Shown in pieces: positions 11,691-25,330 of a DNA stretch of 63,813 bases. The stretch comes from Octopus bimaculoides (lineage: Eukaryota): assembly GCF_001194135.2 (NCBI RefSeq), contig NC_068984.1, positions 35,586,459 to 35,650,271 on the forward strand, read 5' to 3'. Each line of letters opens with the position of its first letter. Positions within the stretch are counted from its first letter, which is position 1. The translations under genes and the position numbers were made by a program. The notes beneath the pieces were generated by a model that was not told the origin of the DNA, did no database searches, and saw nothing but the letters and a program-made list of their open reading frames with translations.

Positions 11691-14600
11691 GGAAATATAT
11701 ATATATAGTTAGATAGATACATATACATAATCACTTTCTATATATCTGTACCTTCTTAGTGACACAAATACTTATGCATTAACATGTCCTTTTGTTCCAC
11801 CAGCAAATAACATGAAAATAAATAGCTAAACAAAAAACAAACTGATACCAAACCTTAATATATATATATATATATTTCGTGTAGCATAGTTTCCTCATTC
11901 GCCAACTTTCAAAAAATACCGTGTTTAGAATATCTTGACAGAAAGCTAATAACAACAACGCTAAATTAGATAGCAGTCCAACATATCCCCTATGAAGAAC
12001 TCTATGATTTACAAGCCTTCTTGTCTGAATCTAACCACAGGAACTGATGGCATCTACAAAGAATCATTTGAACTGAATATAACAAATCCTTTTAGAACAT
12101 TTTTTCGAAGTCCAGCCGAAACGTATATGATAAACAAACTATTCTCCTTCAAATGAAAATTAATTTCTCCAAGAAAATTTCCATTTATTTCCAGCACAAA
12201 GGTTTCTTCTATGATTTCACTAAGTACACCATTATAAAAACTCTATGGGTTTCTATATTTTCCTTTGAATTTTCATATATAACTACTTGCCCTGAATACC
12301 TACATAACACCTAAAGTATCAGGCGCAAAGTTCCACCCACTAAGCAACTTTTACTTATTCAAATTGTGATTTGAGTTTCTACGAGAAATACACTTATGTA
12401 TAGAATTCAAACAATTCATTTAGCTGAAAGCTGCTTAAAAACCTTAATATTAAACGAGGAGTGTAATGACAATACTTTGACAAATATTTAGAAGAAATTT
12501 AATTCAATATTAAATTTGTAAAATTCACAAGTCGAAATATTCTAAAAGTTAGCGTAAAGAAAGCTTCTCCAAAATATATTCGAGGTCACCTTAATTACAC
12601 AACTATTATTGAACAATAGGCCACGGTATTGTCATCAATATGCCATACACCAAACAATTTGTTTAGTAACATATACATTGCTTTCATATTTACATATATG
12701 TAAATTAACTGCTTAATTATTCTTTCCCTATGCAAATTAGAAACGCTAATAATTGTTACTAGAATTTTTGAATAATCAAAGGTATCGCCACCAAAATATC
12801 AGCATTCATTTTATGAATTAATCTAGAAATATCTAATAAAAATGTGATAATTTAAATGCCCATAATTCAAAATATGAACGTTAATTAACATAATCATTAT
12901 CATGTAATATGTGCTAGAACTTCGCTATAAATTTAGTGTTTAACTGATGAAGAGTTAGAATAGATTTTCTGCATAATATATAGAGACTCTCATATATGTA
13001 CCCCAACTTCTAAGATAGGCGTATATTTTTAATGGTACAAAAAGTATTGGATTAAATTATATATGAACTACTGAGCTATATTTTATTTCGTCTTCTAACC
13101 TTCTGACAGCAAAATGCCGTTGAGGTCTGCTTCATCTGTCAGACCTATGCAAGAAATCAATATTCCTTACCTTTATGTTACTATTGGCAATACATTTGCT
13201 TTAGTGCCTCCCGCTTTCTCAAATTAAGTATCGACTGATATTTGCTTCAAAATAAACATGTTGATAGCGAAAAATCACCTCGCCTACTTCGCACATTATT
13301 TACATGAATCATAATTATAATTCATTTTAATAATTCTTAACTGTTAATTTATAATTTACGATCTGTTCATATGGGAGGGTTTGTTGATAATTCTATGAGG
13401 CCGTGGAGGTTGATAAGCACTCGTTTTCTAACTCCTTGATTTTTGTTTAATCTACTTTGTTTTATATTGTCCATTAGAGAGGAGGTTGAGTTGATATTCA
13501 ATGAATTTGTTAGTGTTGTCATATGAATGAGAGCGAAAAGATATTTTCAAGAAAGATAATGCTTTTAGAAGGCCACAGTTTGTAATTAATAATTCTTTTC
13601 TCTGATAATGCTAATAGCGATGTCGATTTTCACATATAGCTGATATATATTGCCTCAGAATTAATTTGCTTGTGCACTCTATATCTCTCGTACATATGCG
13701 TGATGACAATATTTTTAGTTTATTCTCTCATATATAATTGTCAATTTTTACATTGTTTGACATACACATTTGTGCAACACTTCACACTTAATAAATGGGC
13801 ATCCAGCTCGAGTGCGTTTGGAGTTCGATATGTTTTCTCTTAAAATCTATAGGCAGTGATTTATGCTTTAACCCGATGTAGGATAGGTTTAAAGTGACTT
13901 TGGTTATAGAAAGATTTTGCGCCACAGATTTAAAATATTTTGATGAGAACATTGTTAATATCATAATTATTGCAGTCGTAAATATATACAATTTCCTTGG
14001 TTTTCATATTCCACATCTCTCAAGCGTTTTGAATGTTCACCATTTAGTGTATTTTGATTCTCCATCGTTTTGTGTAATTGTGTTTTAGTACAATGTTATA
14101 TTACATTTAGCATTTCAGAGAGACATCCTTGAAGTCAGATTTATAAATATCGCTAATATTATTATTATTTCATATTGTTAAGACAATGAATATTTTGATA
14201 AATGAGGCTCTGGTATACTGTGATTTCATTTTAAATTTAATCTAGTGAAAATACATATTTGGCGCTATAAAGGTAAATATATCAAATAATTTACTGGTAG
14301 ATTTGACCTCATACATCTCGCATTTTTAAGTAAAAAGAAAATTAGCTTCCCAAATCCATATTCTCGGCATAAACATTATCATAATTCATATGTCTAATAT
14401 TTCATTAGTTACTGTAGCTTCAGAATTTACTATATTCTTTTCACGAGTACATAGGAATTTCTTCTCTTAAAATTTTTATATTTTCTGTACTACACTACAC
14501 TCTACGGAATCGATTTGTTTTTTATGATTCCATTATTATTAATCATTGTATAAATGTATCAATTATTATGAGGTCGGTAGTTCTACAGTTTCGCTTTGTT

Positions 14601-16130
14601 TGTTTTATTAAAGATATTTCCTCAAAAGATATCCGCTTATAATAGATGCCTTGTATCTAGTGTCTATATTTTTATTGCATTATATATTACTGCATAGCTA
14701 CGATTGTATTAGCTTTTATATTTTACTATAATTTCCATCAAAGTTTTAGAAGCTAAATTTGTTCTTACTTCTATAATACTATATCTATTTCAATTTCAAA
14801 GTTTTTGTGCAATTGTCGTCTTGCCCTCTTATAGTGTAAAGAAATTTTACCGATGTCTTCTTTATTCATTTTCATATTCAGGATAGTCAGACACAAGTTC
14901 TTTTGTTGAGAGCATAGAATAAATACTCTGTTTAACTTTTTCAATATTTTAAAATTTGAAACGTTATTTTGATGTCATGCTTGTGCGGATTTAAGGGGTT
15001 AAAAATGGATGTTATACTTATGAACATCTCTGTTCGAATACTTTCAGATTTAACACTAGATTCCGACTCGTGTTTAAATTTAATCTGACCATGGCAAATA
15101 TGTACTCATTATGCCTAAAGAAATATAATTTAACCAGTCAGCTGCTCATTGCCTTTGTTTTTACATACCATTAGTTCATTTGAGCGTTCATCAAACTCCT
15201 AGCTTTTCGTGTCAAATCTTCCGTTATATGGATATACTACTTAGTATATATTTCGCATTGCGTCTTACGCTCATAAAATGAGTTTCACTTTAAAATAATT
15301 ATTAATTAAGTACTCTGCTTAACTAGCGTATGGATTATTTTCTACCATTTTTACATCAGCAATGGCACAGTCATTTTAAATTAGTGGAGCGGCAATCATT
15401 TATAATATTCACCCTTATGAACCGAAGTGTCAACGTTTCTTATACACTCACTTGGAACAGACAATTAGCATTAATTGGTCCGTAGAAAAAAAAGTGTTCC
15501 CTGTGCCATTGCTGATGTAAAAATGGTAGAAAATAATATATATATGCATATAAATGTGTATGTATCGGTGTGGATGGTGTGTATGCATGTATGTATTTAT
15601 GTATGTATGCATGTATTGTAGTTAATATGAATCGTTGTGGAATAGATTGTGATGTTGCATTAATATTAGAGTAAGCAACTATAATGGAAGGATGTGAACC
15701 TCTGTAGGAGCGAAAAATATTGAAGTGAAGGTGAAAATTCAAGCATTGTTCTTGACTCGCTAAGATTTTGCACCTAGTTACATTCCTTGTTGCCATTGCA
15801 TTCATTGTAATGGTTTATGTATCGTTATACACACACGTACACACACACACACATACACACACACATATATATGTGTATAGTATATTTATGATGTAACAGT
15901 TTATACTTTCGTTGCAATAATGTACTCTAGAACATATTTTCAAACAGCTGCTGACGCAACTACAACCAAGTTTTGGTAGCATTCACAATCATTTCATGCA
16001 ATTAGATTAGATTTCATTCCAATGTGGTTGAAAGGCTGGAATTATTTTCCTGAATGTTAAAAGTTTTAATAGTGTTCTCTATAATCGCTAAGTCATAAAT
16101 CCCTCGAAGTCAATTATCTATTTTTCTGCA

Positions 16131-16134
<4 letters not shown>

Positions 16135-16183
<49 letters not shown>
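16135..16183. repeat. (TC)n microsatellite
   Basis: Seen directly. Confidence 0.95.
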
Positions 16184-16187
<4 letters not shown>

Positions 16188-17039
16188 GAATTCATACACA
16201 CGCACACATACATACATAGATACATACGTACATATATACATCTATACATCCATACATGAATACACACAGACACACACATCCGAATCATATGTAAACATAA
16301 TTTGATAATTGAAAATATATTACTTGCTGAATATTAAATAAAATCAATTCTTCGATTATTATACATGCCACCTGATCCTCTGTGTGTACACACATATACA
16401 CACACACGCGCACACACACTCACGCACTCACTTTGCATGCACATACGCAAAGGCATACACACACGCACACACATACACACACTAACACATACATAATATA
16501 TAAATATATAAATGTATATATATGTATATGTATACATATATGAAAGAATGAAATATGAAATATCAATGAAATAATGAGTCTGTTCATATTAGCCCATCCT
16601 TCGAAACTAAATATATTGCTCAATATGAACTAGAAATTGAATTTGCAAGGAAGGAAGAATTATGTATTCGATCATATTGTACAATAAGTATCAGTTTATA
16701 CATTTTATACAAAATCAAGATGTGCGGTATATTGCTGTATTACAACCATATTCTTTTATATACTGACGTGAATTGCTGCTTCATTAAAATTTTAAGGTAT
16801 CGCTTGTCTGTAATCAGAAAAATAATTCTGAGATGCTGCTATTTATATGATTTAATATTGGATCTAGGTTTCAAACATAAATCAACTAATTGTCATTTGA
16901 AAGTGACATACATTGTAAGAGGATAACATATTTGATATATATATTTTTAATATTTGAAAATCAAAATACAGCAAATAATTATTGAAGCTGCTCAGTACCC
17001 GACATCGGAGCAAGCATTAATAATGAAGTGTAATTCCAT

Positions 17040-17235
<196 letters not shown>

Positions 17236-17566
17236 ATGCACCATGAGATTCTTAGAAGTTGTAGTTTAATCTTAGTTACAAAAACAGAAATATTCATCTT
17301 TCTTCTTGCTCTGTTAAAATGTTTGATTGGAAATATATTGAAAATATATTGATGTGTCCTACTTATTCAAATTATTTGTGCAGCTGAAGATGGCATTGAA
17401 TTTAATTTGATGTAATGATTGCATTGTTCAATTAAATGGAGCCGCTTGAAACGGTCGTACTGTAACACTATTTGATATCCTGTTACTTATTTTGATTTTA
17501 TTCACCTTACTTGCTGCTTCTACTTAAGTACCCAATTCGACTGAATCTCTGAATCTATCTATCTAT

Positions 17567-17605
<39 letters not shown>

Positions 17606-17841
17606 NNNNNNNNNNNNNNNNNNNNNNNNNNNNNNNNNNNNNNNNNNNNNNNNNNNNNNNNNNNNNNNNNNNNNNNNNNNNNNNNNNNNNNNNNNNNNNN
17701 NNNNNNNNNNNNNNNNNNNNNNNNNNNNNNNNNNNNNNNNNNNNNNNNNNNNNNNNNNNNNNNNNNNNNNNNNNNNNNNNNNNNNNNNNNNNNNNNNNNN
17801 NNNNNNNNNNNNNNNNNNNNNNNNNNNNNNNNNNNNNNNNN

Positions 17842-18030
17842 TGTGTGTGTGTGTGTGTGTGTTTGTGTAATTGTCTTCTGTATCTGCCCCCGCCAGCATC
17901 GTCTGAAAACCGATGTTGATGTGTTTACGTCCCCGTAAATTAGCGGTTCAGCAAAAGGATCCGATTGGAAAATACAAGAATACATCCTGGGTGGATTTGT
18001 TCGACTGAAGGCGGTACTACAGCATTGGCG
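17842..18030 (+). mobile_element. SINE family B, 3' half following its internal (TG)n tract
   Basis: Reads ccgatgttgatgtgtttacgtccccgtaaattagcggttcagcaaaag...gactgaaggcggtactacagcattggc, matching the 3' half of the minus-strand copy at 22050-22445. The 5' half is absent or lost in the adjacent gap. Confidence 0.75.
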
Positions 18031-19917
18031 ATAGAAGAATTATTCACAGGAAAATAAATTATTTATGTCAAATTTAACTTGGATGTTTTGTTTGAATATC
18101 GAATACTAGGGTATACGCATTGAGAGGCCTATCACATAGATGCATGGTGCATAAACGCGCGCGCAAACACACAAACTCATATAAACACACACATGAACAC
18201 ACACACACACGAACACACACACGAACACGCGAACACACACACAGACACTGCTACCAGAAGAGAATCGTGGTACATTGGCGTTGGAACTGTCAAATCAAGT
18301 AAGGTGGTGGTAGTGATTCTCCTCAAAGACTCGTACCCACTCGCCGCATACAAGCCAAAACTCACTGCTATGCTCTCATAAACTCCCGCTGGTAGGTTAA
18401 TGTTTTCTAGAAGTAGATCAGTAAAATATCGGCTCTATGTGCTATTATTTGCATGAATACCACCAATAACTTGCCTTGCCTCACTAGCCATCTGAATGTA
18501 GTTGAACGCCATGGCAAATATGGCCTTTTTCAGAATCAATACATTACATATTCATTGATTACTACCTCTAACCAAAGCAGAGATTTTCCAACATTGGTGT
18601 ATATCTACCGGAATTCGGACAGAGCTGCTAGTAGTCATTCATCTTGTTTAACATCCAAAAATGAATCTCGTCAGGTTGCAGTTAATTTGTTCTCGGTGAC
18701 ATTTCCATCACTGTGCCAGAGACCTTTATTCTCGTTTCTCTGCCTTTTCTAGCGCAAGTCCACGGATTATTATTTGCTTCAATCTGTTTCATCATGTGCT
18801 ACATGGGGTTCAAGTACTACTGGTCCATTCGTAGCATAACGTTTCCTTTATGACTTCTCAAATAACCACTATTCACAGTCCATTTTCCGAAAGCGTTAAC
18901 CATCTAGCATTTCATCCATGCGCAAGTTAATTTTTTTTCTGTGGAGTGGATGATTTGCAACTCTTCAAAACCACATGTAAACAGCAATAAAATATACATC
19001 CTTTTCTTAATAAATATGGTAATGCAATATAAATAAACTATAAACGGATATGAAATATTCCGTGCATTTTCGGTCTAAGATTCTGGATATATATACATTT
19101 TACCTTCATCATATTATTCATATGGTGACTAATGTTATGAGGAAACTTAGAAAGAGTATTAGAAGCAACATAATAAAAAGGAAAACAATTATAAACTCCA
19201 CAACTGGATATGATTTACATACGGCTGATGTGCAGTTGTCAAGCAATGAATGATGTTTGCAGCAGATTGGGAATTTCTTCTGCTCACACTTCTCTCAAGC
19301 AGCCACAATATAATACAGAAAGCAAATTTATATCGTATCTCGCCTCACACAGCAGTTATACTTCGTGCAAATTCAAATATGAGCGTGTCATAAAACACTA
19401 TCTTTCAATTAAGATGGCCGTGAAAGTAGCATTTTCGTAGGCAGAACAACATTTCTAAATTGGTGCCAACCCCAAAAATTGCGTAAGTTTTTCTGAGCTA
19501 GCACTGAAACGAGAGATCTGCTTGCATTTACACAATAAGAGAAGTAACTAGAGATTAAGTTATAATGGGGAGGATAATATTCGCCGAAAGTGAAATGGCA
19601 GGGCCATAATTCACAAGTATACTAAGAATTTTCACTTTTAGTGAGTAAACTATAGAGAAATATTAGTATACATATTTCAAAAGAGAATATCAACAATGCA
19701 GATTTCAGCACTCAGAGAAGGACTGCAAAGTATATATATCACATCACTCCGAGTGATTAATAATGCATGTTTCAAATGACCAGATATTATTTAGTAATTA
19801 TTATTATGTGTGTGTGTAGGGGTGTGTTATCAATTCTTATACATGTTCTTTTTAAAATTAATAAATACATTAGTTCAGAGCCGTCTGCTATATACCTATA
19901 ATATTTGCTTTTTCTAT

Positions 19918-20072
19918 GGCGGCGAGCTGGCAGAATCGTTAGCACGAGGTCGACTTTGCCTTTCAGCTTTCGGGGTCGATAAATTAAGTACCATTTGCAT
20001 ACTGGAGTCGATGTAATTGACTGACCTCCTCCCCCAAACTTTCGGGCTTTGTGCCAAGGGTAGAAAAGAATA
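19918..20072 (+). mobile_element. SINE family A with internal ~60 bp deletion
   Basis: Reads ggcggcgagctggcagaatcgttagcacg|aggtcgactttgcctttcagctttcggggtcgataaattaagtacc...gggctttgtgccaagggtagaaaagaat. The segment containing the B box is missing relative to 37270-37470. Confidence 0.85.
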
Positions 20073-20642
20073 TTTGCTTTTTCTTAATAATGTCAATGTG
20101 TTGCAAAGATTAAACATATACATATATGGAATAGTAACACTACACTCAGATACGCACGTATGTGTATGTATGTATGTACATATGCACGTATGAATGTATA
20201 TATGAATGTATCTGTGTATGTATATACATATGTGCAAACACACACATATATANNNNNNNNNNNNNNNNNNNNNNNNNNNNNNNNNNNNNNNNNNNNNNNN
20301 NNNNNNNNNNNNNNNNNNNNNNNNNNNNNNNNNNNNNNNNNNNNNNNNNNNNNNNNNNNNNNNNNNNNNNNNNNNNNNNNNNNNNNNNNNNNNNNNNNNN
20401 NNNNNNNNNNNNNNNNNNNNNNNNNNNNNNNNNNNNNNNNNNNNNNNNNNNNNNNNNNNNNNNNNNNNNNNNNNNNNNNNNNNNNNNNNNNNNNNNNNNN
20501 NNNNNNNNNNNNNNNNNNNNNNNNNNNNNNNNNNNNNNNNNNNNNNNNNNNNNNNNNNNNNNNNNNNNNNNNNNNNNNNNNNNNNNNNNNNNNNNNNNNN
20601 NNNNNNNNNNNNNNNNNNNNNNNNNNNNNNNNNNNNNNNNNN

Positions 20643-20687
<45 letters not shown>

Positions 20688-21341
20688 CGCTGCTGTGTAC
20701 ATGTATGTTTGTACTTATTGGTCTCTAGTTATGGTGCAGGGAAAATGTTCGCATAATAAATTTCAATATCAGTGCACATAAATTTATAGGTTTTCTGAAA
20801 CATACATTCAAACATTAATTCTTATTGAAGTATGAATGAACGCATCTATCATTCTAAATAACACACACATACACGCACACATGCACACACACACAGACAA
20901 AAACATGCACAAACACACAATAATTTACTTATAACTTACTTTCAGGTTTTTTAACCCCAGGCGCGTTGTTGATGTGCCTGAGGCTGCTTCCAATTCATAT
21001 TTGAATATATATATATATGTGGCGGGGATGTATCCAATGATTTTACAAGACTTTCTCCGGTGTGACATGAACTTCCAAGAATTTCCAAGTCCTCGTGTTT
21101 TATTTCGGAAATTTCCTTCTCGTAGTAGATTACCAATGAAGGTTTAAAAGCTTCTACCTGCCCATAAGTGAAGCTATCCAATTCACGACACCAAATATAG
21201 TGACCGAAGCCGGCTAGCTCATTCATACATAAATAAAGTAAAAGTACGATATGTGATTGACAAATATAAACAAGAATTAAATATAAATAATATATATAGA
21301 TATAGAAAACAAAAAGGTATGCAATTTAAAACTATAAATAA

Positions 21342-21508
21342 AGATTTAAATATAAATAATATGAATTTAAAAGTAAAAAATACACATATATATACATATT
21401 TAAAAAATGGTACGATGTATGAATGAGAATTAATTAAGATATGTAATTTAAAAATATCAAGTGAGATTTAAATATAAATAATATGAATTTAAAAGTAAAA
21501 AATACACA
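21342..21508. repeat. 45-bp AT-rich direct repeat x2 (period 122 bp) next to a gap
   Basis: agatttaaatataaataatatgaatttaaaagtaaaaaatacaca occurs at 21342-21386 and 21464-21508. Confidence 0.85.
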
Positions 21509-22049
21509 NNNNNNNNNNNNNNNNNNNNNNNNNNNNNNNNNNNNNNNNNNNNNNNNNNNNNNNNNNNNNNNNNNNNNNNNNNNNNNNNNNNNNNNNNNNN
21601 NNNNNNNNNNNNNNNNNNNNNNNNNNNNNNNNNNNNNNNNNNNNNNNNNNNNNNNNNNNNNNNNNNNNNNNNNNNNNNNNNNNNNNNNNNNNNNNNNNNN
21701 NNNNNNNNNNNNNNNNNNNNNNNNNNNNNNNNNNNNNNNNNNNNNNNNNNNNNNNNNNNNNNNNNNNNNNNNNNNNNNNNNNNNNNNNNNNNNNNNNNNN
21801 NNNNNNNNNNNNNNNNNNNNNNNNNNNNNNNNNNNNNNNNNNNNNNNNNNNNNNNNNNNNNNNNNNNNNNNNNNNNNNNNNNNNNNNNNNNNNNNNNNNN
21901 NNNNNNNNNNNNNNNNNNNNNNNNNNNNNNNNNNNNNNNNNNNNNNNNNNNNNNNNNNNNNNNNNNNNNNNNNNNNNNNNNNNNNNNNNNNNNNNNNNNN
22001 NNNNNNNNNNNNNNNNNNNNNNNNNNNNNNNNNNNNNNNNNNATATACA

Positions 22050-22445
22050 CCTTTCATTTATCTTAGTCGTTAGACTGTGGACATGCTGGCGCACCGTCTT
22101 CATGAAATTTTATTTGAATGTATGAAGCCTAGTATTTCTTGTAAATCCTTGTACTTGTGGTAACTGTCTGTTCTGCTGGTCGTCTAAGTTTCCGGGATGT
22201 AAACACACCAGCAGCGATTATGAAGCTTTGTAGGACACTCTCACACACAGACAGAGACGTACATATATGTATATATACATGTATACGACGAGCATCTTTC
22301 AGTTTTTCTGTGCCAAATGCACCAATGATCATTTGGTCGGCCCGAAGCTATTTTAGTAGACACCCGTTGAACCTTCTACGCAGTGGTACTGAACTCCAAA
22401 CCATATGGGTTGAAAGCAAGCTTCTTACCACACAGTCTCGCCTGG
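22050..22445 (-). mobile_element. Full-length decayed SINE family B with tRNA-like head and internal microsatellite
   Basis: Reverse complement has the head actgtgtggtaagaagcttgctttcaacc...ggagttcagtaccactgcg (A/B-box-like), then cgggccgaccaaa...gaaaaactgaaagatgctcgtcgtatacatgtatat, then gctggtgtgtttacatcccggaaacttag...gacggtgcgccagcatgtccacagtc. Confidence 0.75.
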
Positions 22446-23211
22446 AAACGCGCTGGAACTTGCAACTTTCAAACCTGCACACAGTCACGTGCATATATGC
22501 ACACACTGTAAAGCGCTTATACAAATACACATATTCACAAGCGTGTGCCCATAATATTCGACCAATGATACATAAACCAAGTCAGATATCAATTCCTGAA
22601 ACTAAAAAGAAGCGCACATAGACCGACACACATAAATACTTTCTAGTTACACTAAGTACCACAAGAACACACAATATCCTCATGGATGCTATCATGACAA
22701 ACTGAAAGAAATAACGACACAGCATTGATGTGTTTGCAATTTGCAACGAAATGACACGGACAGATCAAAAGGCTGATTGATCATAAGTTCAGTCACGCAA
22801 TCGATTATTTAATTGGTTAATTATTTAACTGTTTTGAAGCGAAATATAAACAGTGCTTGTGATTTTCATTGCCAAACTTTCTCAAACATCAATCAACAGA
22901 CACCCACGCATATGGACTCATACGCGCGCGCGCGTGCAACCTCCGAAAAGTTGCTTCCACACGAATACCATGATAGAAGCCGTTACTCTGCATGAGAAAA
23001 TGAGTTGGTAGTACAAATATGTGGGGGTGTGTTTGTGTATATGACAATACATATACATACACCCATATACATCTACATACACATACACATATACACATGC
23101 ATACATACACACACATATATATTTTTATATATAAATATGTTTGTATGTGTGTGCATGTGTGTTCGTGTTAATTTCAGTTTATTACATGAAGCTATTTTAA
23201 GAACATTTACT

Positions 23212-23627
23212 GAACGAAGATGATGAAGTTGAATAATGTAAAGCTTGGGAAGGCACAATAAGTGTTACTGATTAAATCGGTTGTAAGCTTGGTCTTGCCT
23301 GCTATGCTTAACAATTGAAACTTAGAACGAAGATGTACGTATATATCTATAAATATCTATTTATCACTCTTATGGAAACTCTTATGGAAACTGTTATATT
23401 ACTGAAGTCGCTAAATAACAAAACGGTGGTTATTCAAACTTAACAATTGAAACTTAGAACGAAGATGATGAAGTTGAATAATGTAAAGCTTGGGAAGGNN
23501 NNNNNNNNCAAACTTAACAATTGAAACTTAGAACGAAGATGATGAAGTTGAATAATGTAAAGCTTGGGAAGGCACAATAAGTGTTACTGATTAAATCGGT
23601 TGTAAGCTTGGTCTTGCCTGCTATGCT
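23212..23627. repeat. Tandem/overlapping copies of a ~113-bp module around a 10-N gap
   Basis: The module cttaacaattgaaacttagaacgaagatgatgaagttgaataatgtaaagcttgggaaggcacaataag...gcctgctatg occurs whole or in part at 23212-23335, 23439-23498 and 23513-23625. Confidence 0.9.
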
Positions 23628-23689
23628 TTCGATCGTAAAGGAAGAAGAAAGAAAGAATAATTACATCCACCGATCATAAATATACACAT

Positions 23690-23850
23690 GACGCTGCCTT
23701 TCAACCTTTGTGGTCGGTCAAATATGTTCCTATCCACTACTAGCGTCGACGTACGCAACCAGCTCACTTCTCCCAACTTTCAGTGCTTGAGCCTAGTTTA
23801 GAATCGTAGGCACGCCGGGCAGAATGCTTCGCGGCATTTCGTCCGTCATA
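23690..23850 (+). mobile_element. Two degraded SINE family A fragments (3' piece then 5' piece)
   Basis: gctgcctttcaacctttgtggtcggtcaaatatgttcc is followed by tagaatcgtaggcacgccgggcagaatgcttcgcggcatttcgtccgtc. Confidence 0.55.
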
Positions 23851-24261
23851 AACACTTCCGTCATAACCAGTTGAAATTCTACTGCGATCGATTCTGCATT
23901 TTATATTTCCGGGCGATAAATGATGTACCAATCAAGCACAAGGATCGTTGTAATCAACTTAACCCCTCTCCCGACATTGCTGGCCTTGCGCCAAAATTTG
24001 AAACCGTTATTGTTATTTATATTGTTATTATTTTCATTAGCATCTGCTTTCAATTCTGTTTCCATTTCTTGACAAGTGTCTTTGTGACATCTTCTGCAGT
24101 GAAACGTACAATATACATTGGTCGGTCATTAAAACAAACTCACCAGAATGTTCAATTACACGGTAATGTGATAAAGAAAAAGGGGAAGACAGATAGAAAA
24201 AGGAAAGATAAAAAAAATAGAAAAGTAAACAAATAAAATAAAGGAGAAAAAGAAGGAACAA

Positions 24262-25330
24262 TTACAGCGACAATGCTCTTCTCAATACGTGTGACGAACC
24301 ACTTAAGACAATTTTGCGCGCATCCTGCATGGATGGTAAGCCAGGGATCATTCTCAAATTATTTTCAGTTACTTTTCTGATCATTCCAAGTGCTCCTAGA
24401 ATCATTGGTATTGTAGCCATCTTCAGATGTTGCATCATTTCGATTTCAATTAGCAGATCTTCATACTTTCTGAAGTTATCAAATTCTTTTGCCGAGATAT
24501 TATGTTCACACAGAATGGTCATGTCAATCAGTAACCAGACATTTTTTTTACATTTGTCTTTCAGAATATCTGGTTTATTTACCTTGATGGTGAGATATGT
24601 ACATACTGGGAAGTCCCAAACAATAGTCAGATCTCCTCTCTTAGTTACAGTCTCAGGGTGATGTTTGTACGATTTATCAGCAGTTTTGATTTTATAATGA
24701 CGACATATTATCCAATGCAGATATTGACCAACTCTGTCTGTCTTGATATGCATTCTACTGGTGCTAAAACCTAACATTCAGTGATTGGGTGGTCGGTTGT
24801 TTCTATCCCATGGTTGCAGTATCGGCACTTTGCGTCTACATTAGTTTTCATCTCATTGGCTTCATAGTTCCGAGTCAATAAACTCTGATCTTGGTTAGCC
24901 AAGATAAAGACTTCAGTCTCTGCCGTTGCCATTAATGTGTGTGCTCCTGTTCTACATCAGATTGTTCGCTACGAGCCACATATTTGTCATGCAAAGGTGT
25001 TTGTTCCCACCTATCAGCCAATTGTTCAAGCGCATTTTGCTTTGCTATTGATTTTCTTCTTCAGGTTGCGGAATTACCAGTGTCTTTTATTGTGACACCA
25101 ACACTAGATGTATCATTAATCAGGACATGGGGAGACTCCGCCCGCTTCCTTTCATTATTAATAATATTACTATCATCACTGAGATCTCTGTTTATTTTTT
25201 TACTATTTCTCATTGTTATATTAACAGACTCAGGTTACCCAGGCAGGGGTGGCACCAATTTCCAGCGCTGTTCAGATGGACAGCTGCATAGAAAATTACA
25301 CTATTTGATATGGCCTTCCTCAGCGTTGAT
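24262..25330 (-). mobile_element. R4/Dong-type non-LTR retrotransposon remnant: CCHC knuckle plus restriction-like endonuclease, no RT
   Basis: Minus-strand translation gives RWEQTPLHDKY, AETEVFILANQDQSLLTRNY, CRYCNHGIETTDHPITEC (CX2CX8HX4C), then RVGQYLHWIICRHY...IVWDFP...NKPDILK...LIDMT...KYEDLLIEI...IPMILGALGMI...SHVLRRALSL* (ORF 24262-24777). This is the RLE architecture of R4/Dong elements, with frameshifts and stops. Confidence 0.88.

Noticed and set aside
18240-18920. GC-richer unique stretch, possibly an old LINE or exon
   Set aside because: No frame gave collinear motifs I could defend.
22129-22332. ORF starting MIIGAFGTEKL resembling the end of an RLE domain
   Set aside because: The DNA is fully explained as a minus-strand family B SINE, so the peptide similarity is coincidental.
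23212-23627. CRISPR-like array
   Set aside because: The context is eukaryotic, there are no unique spacers between constant repeats and no cas genes. The same applies to the 13-, 32- and 57-bp tandem repeats.
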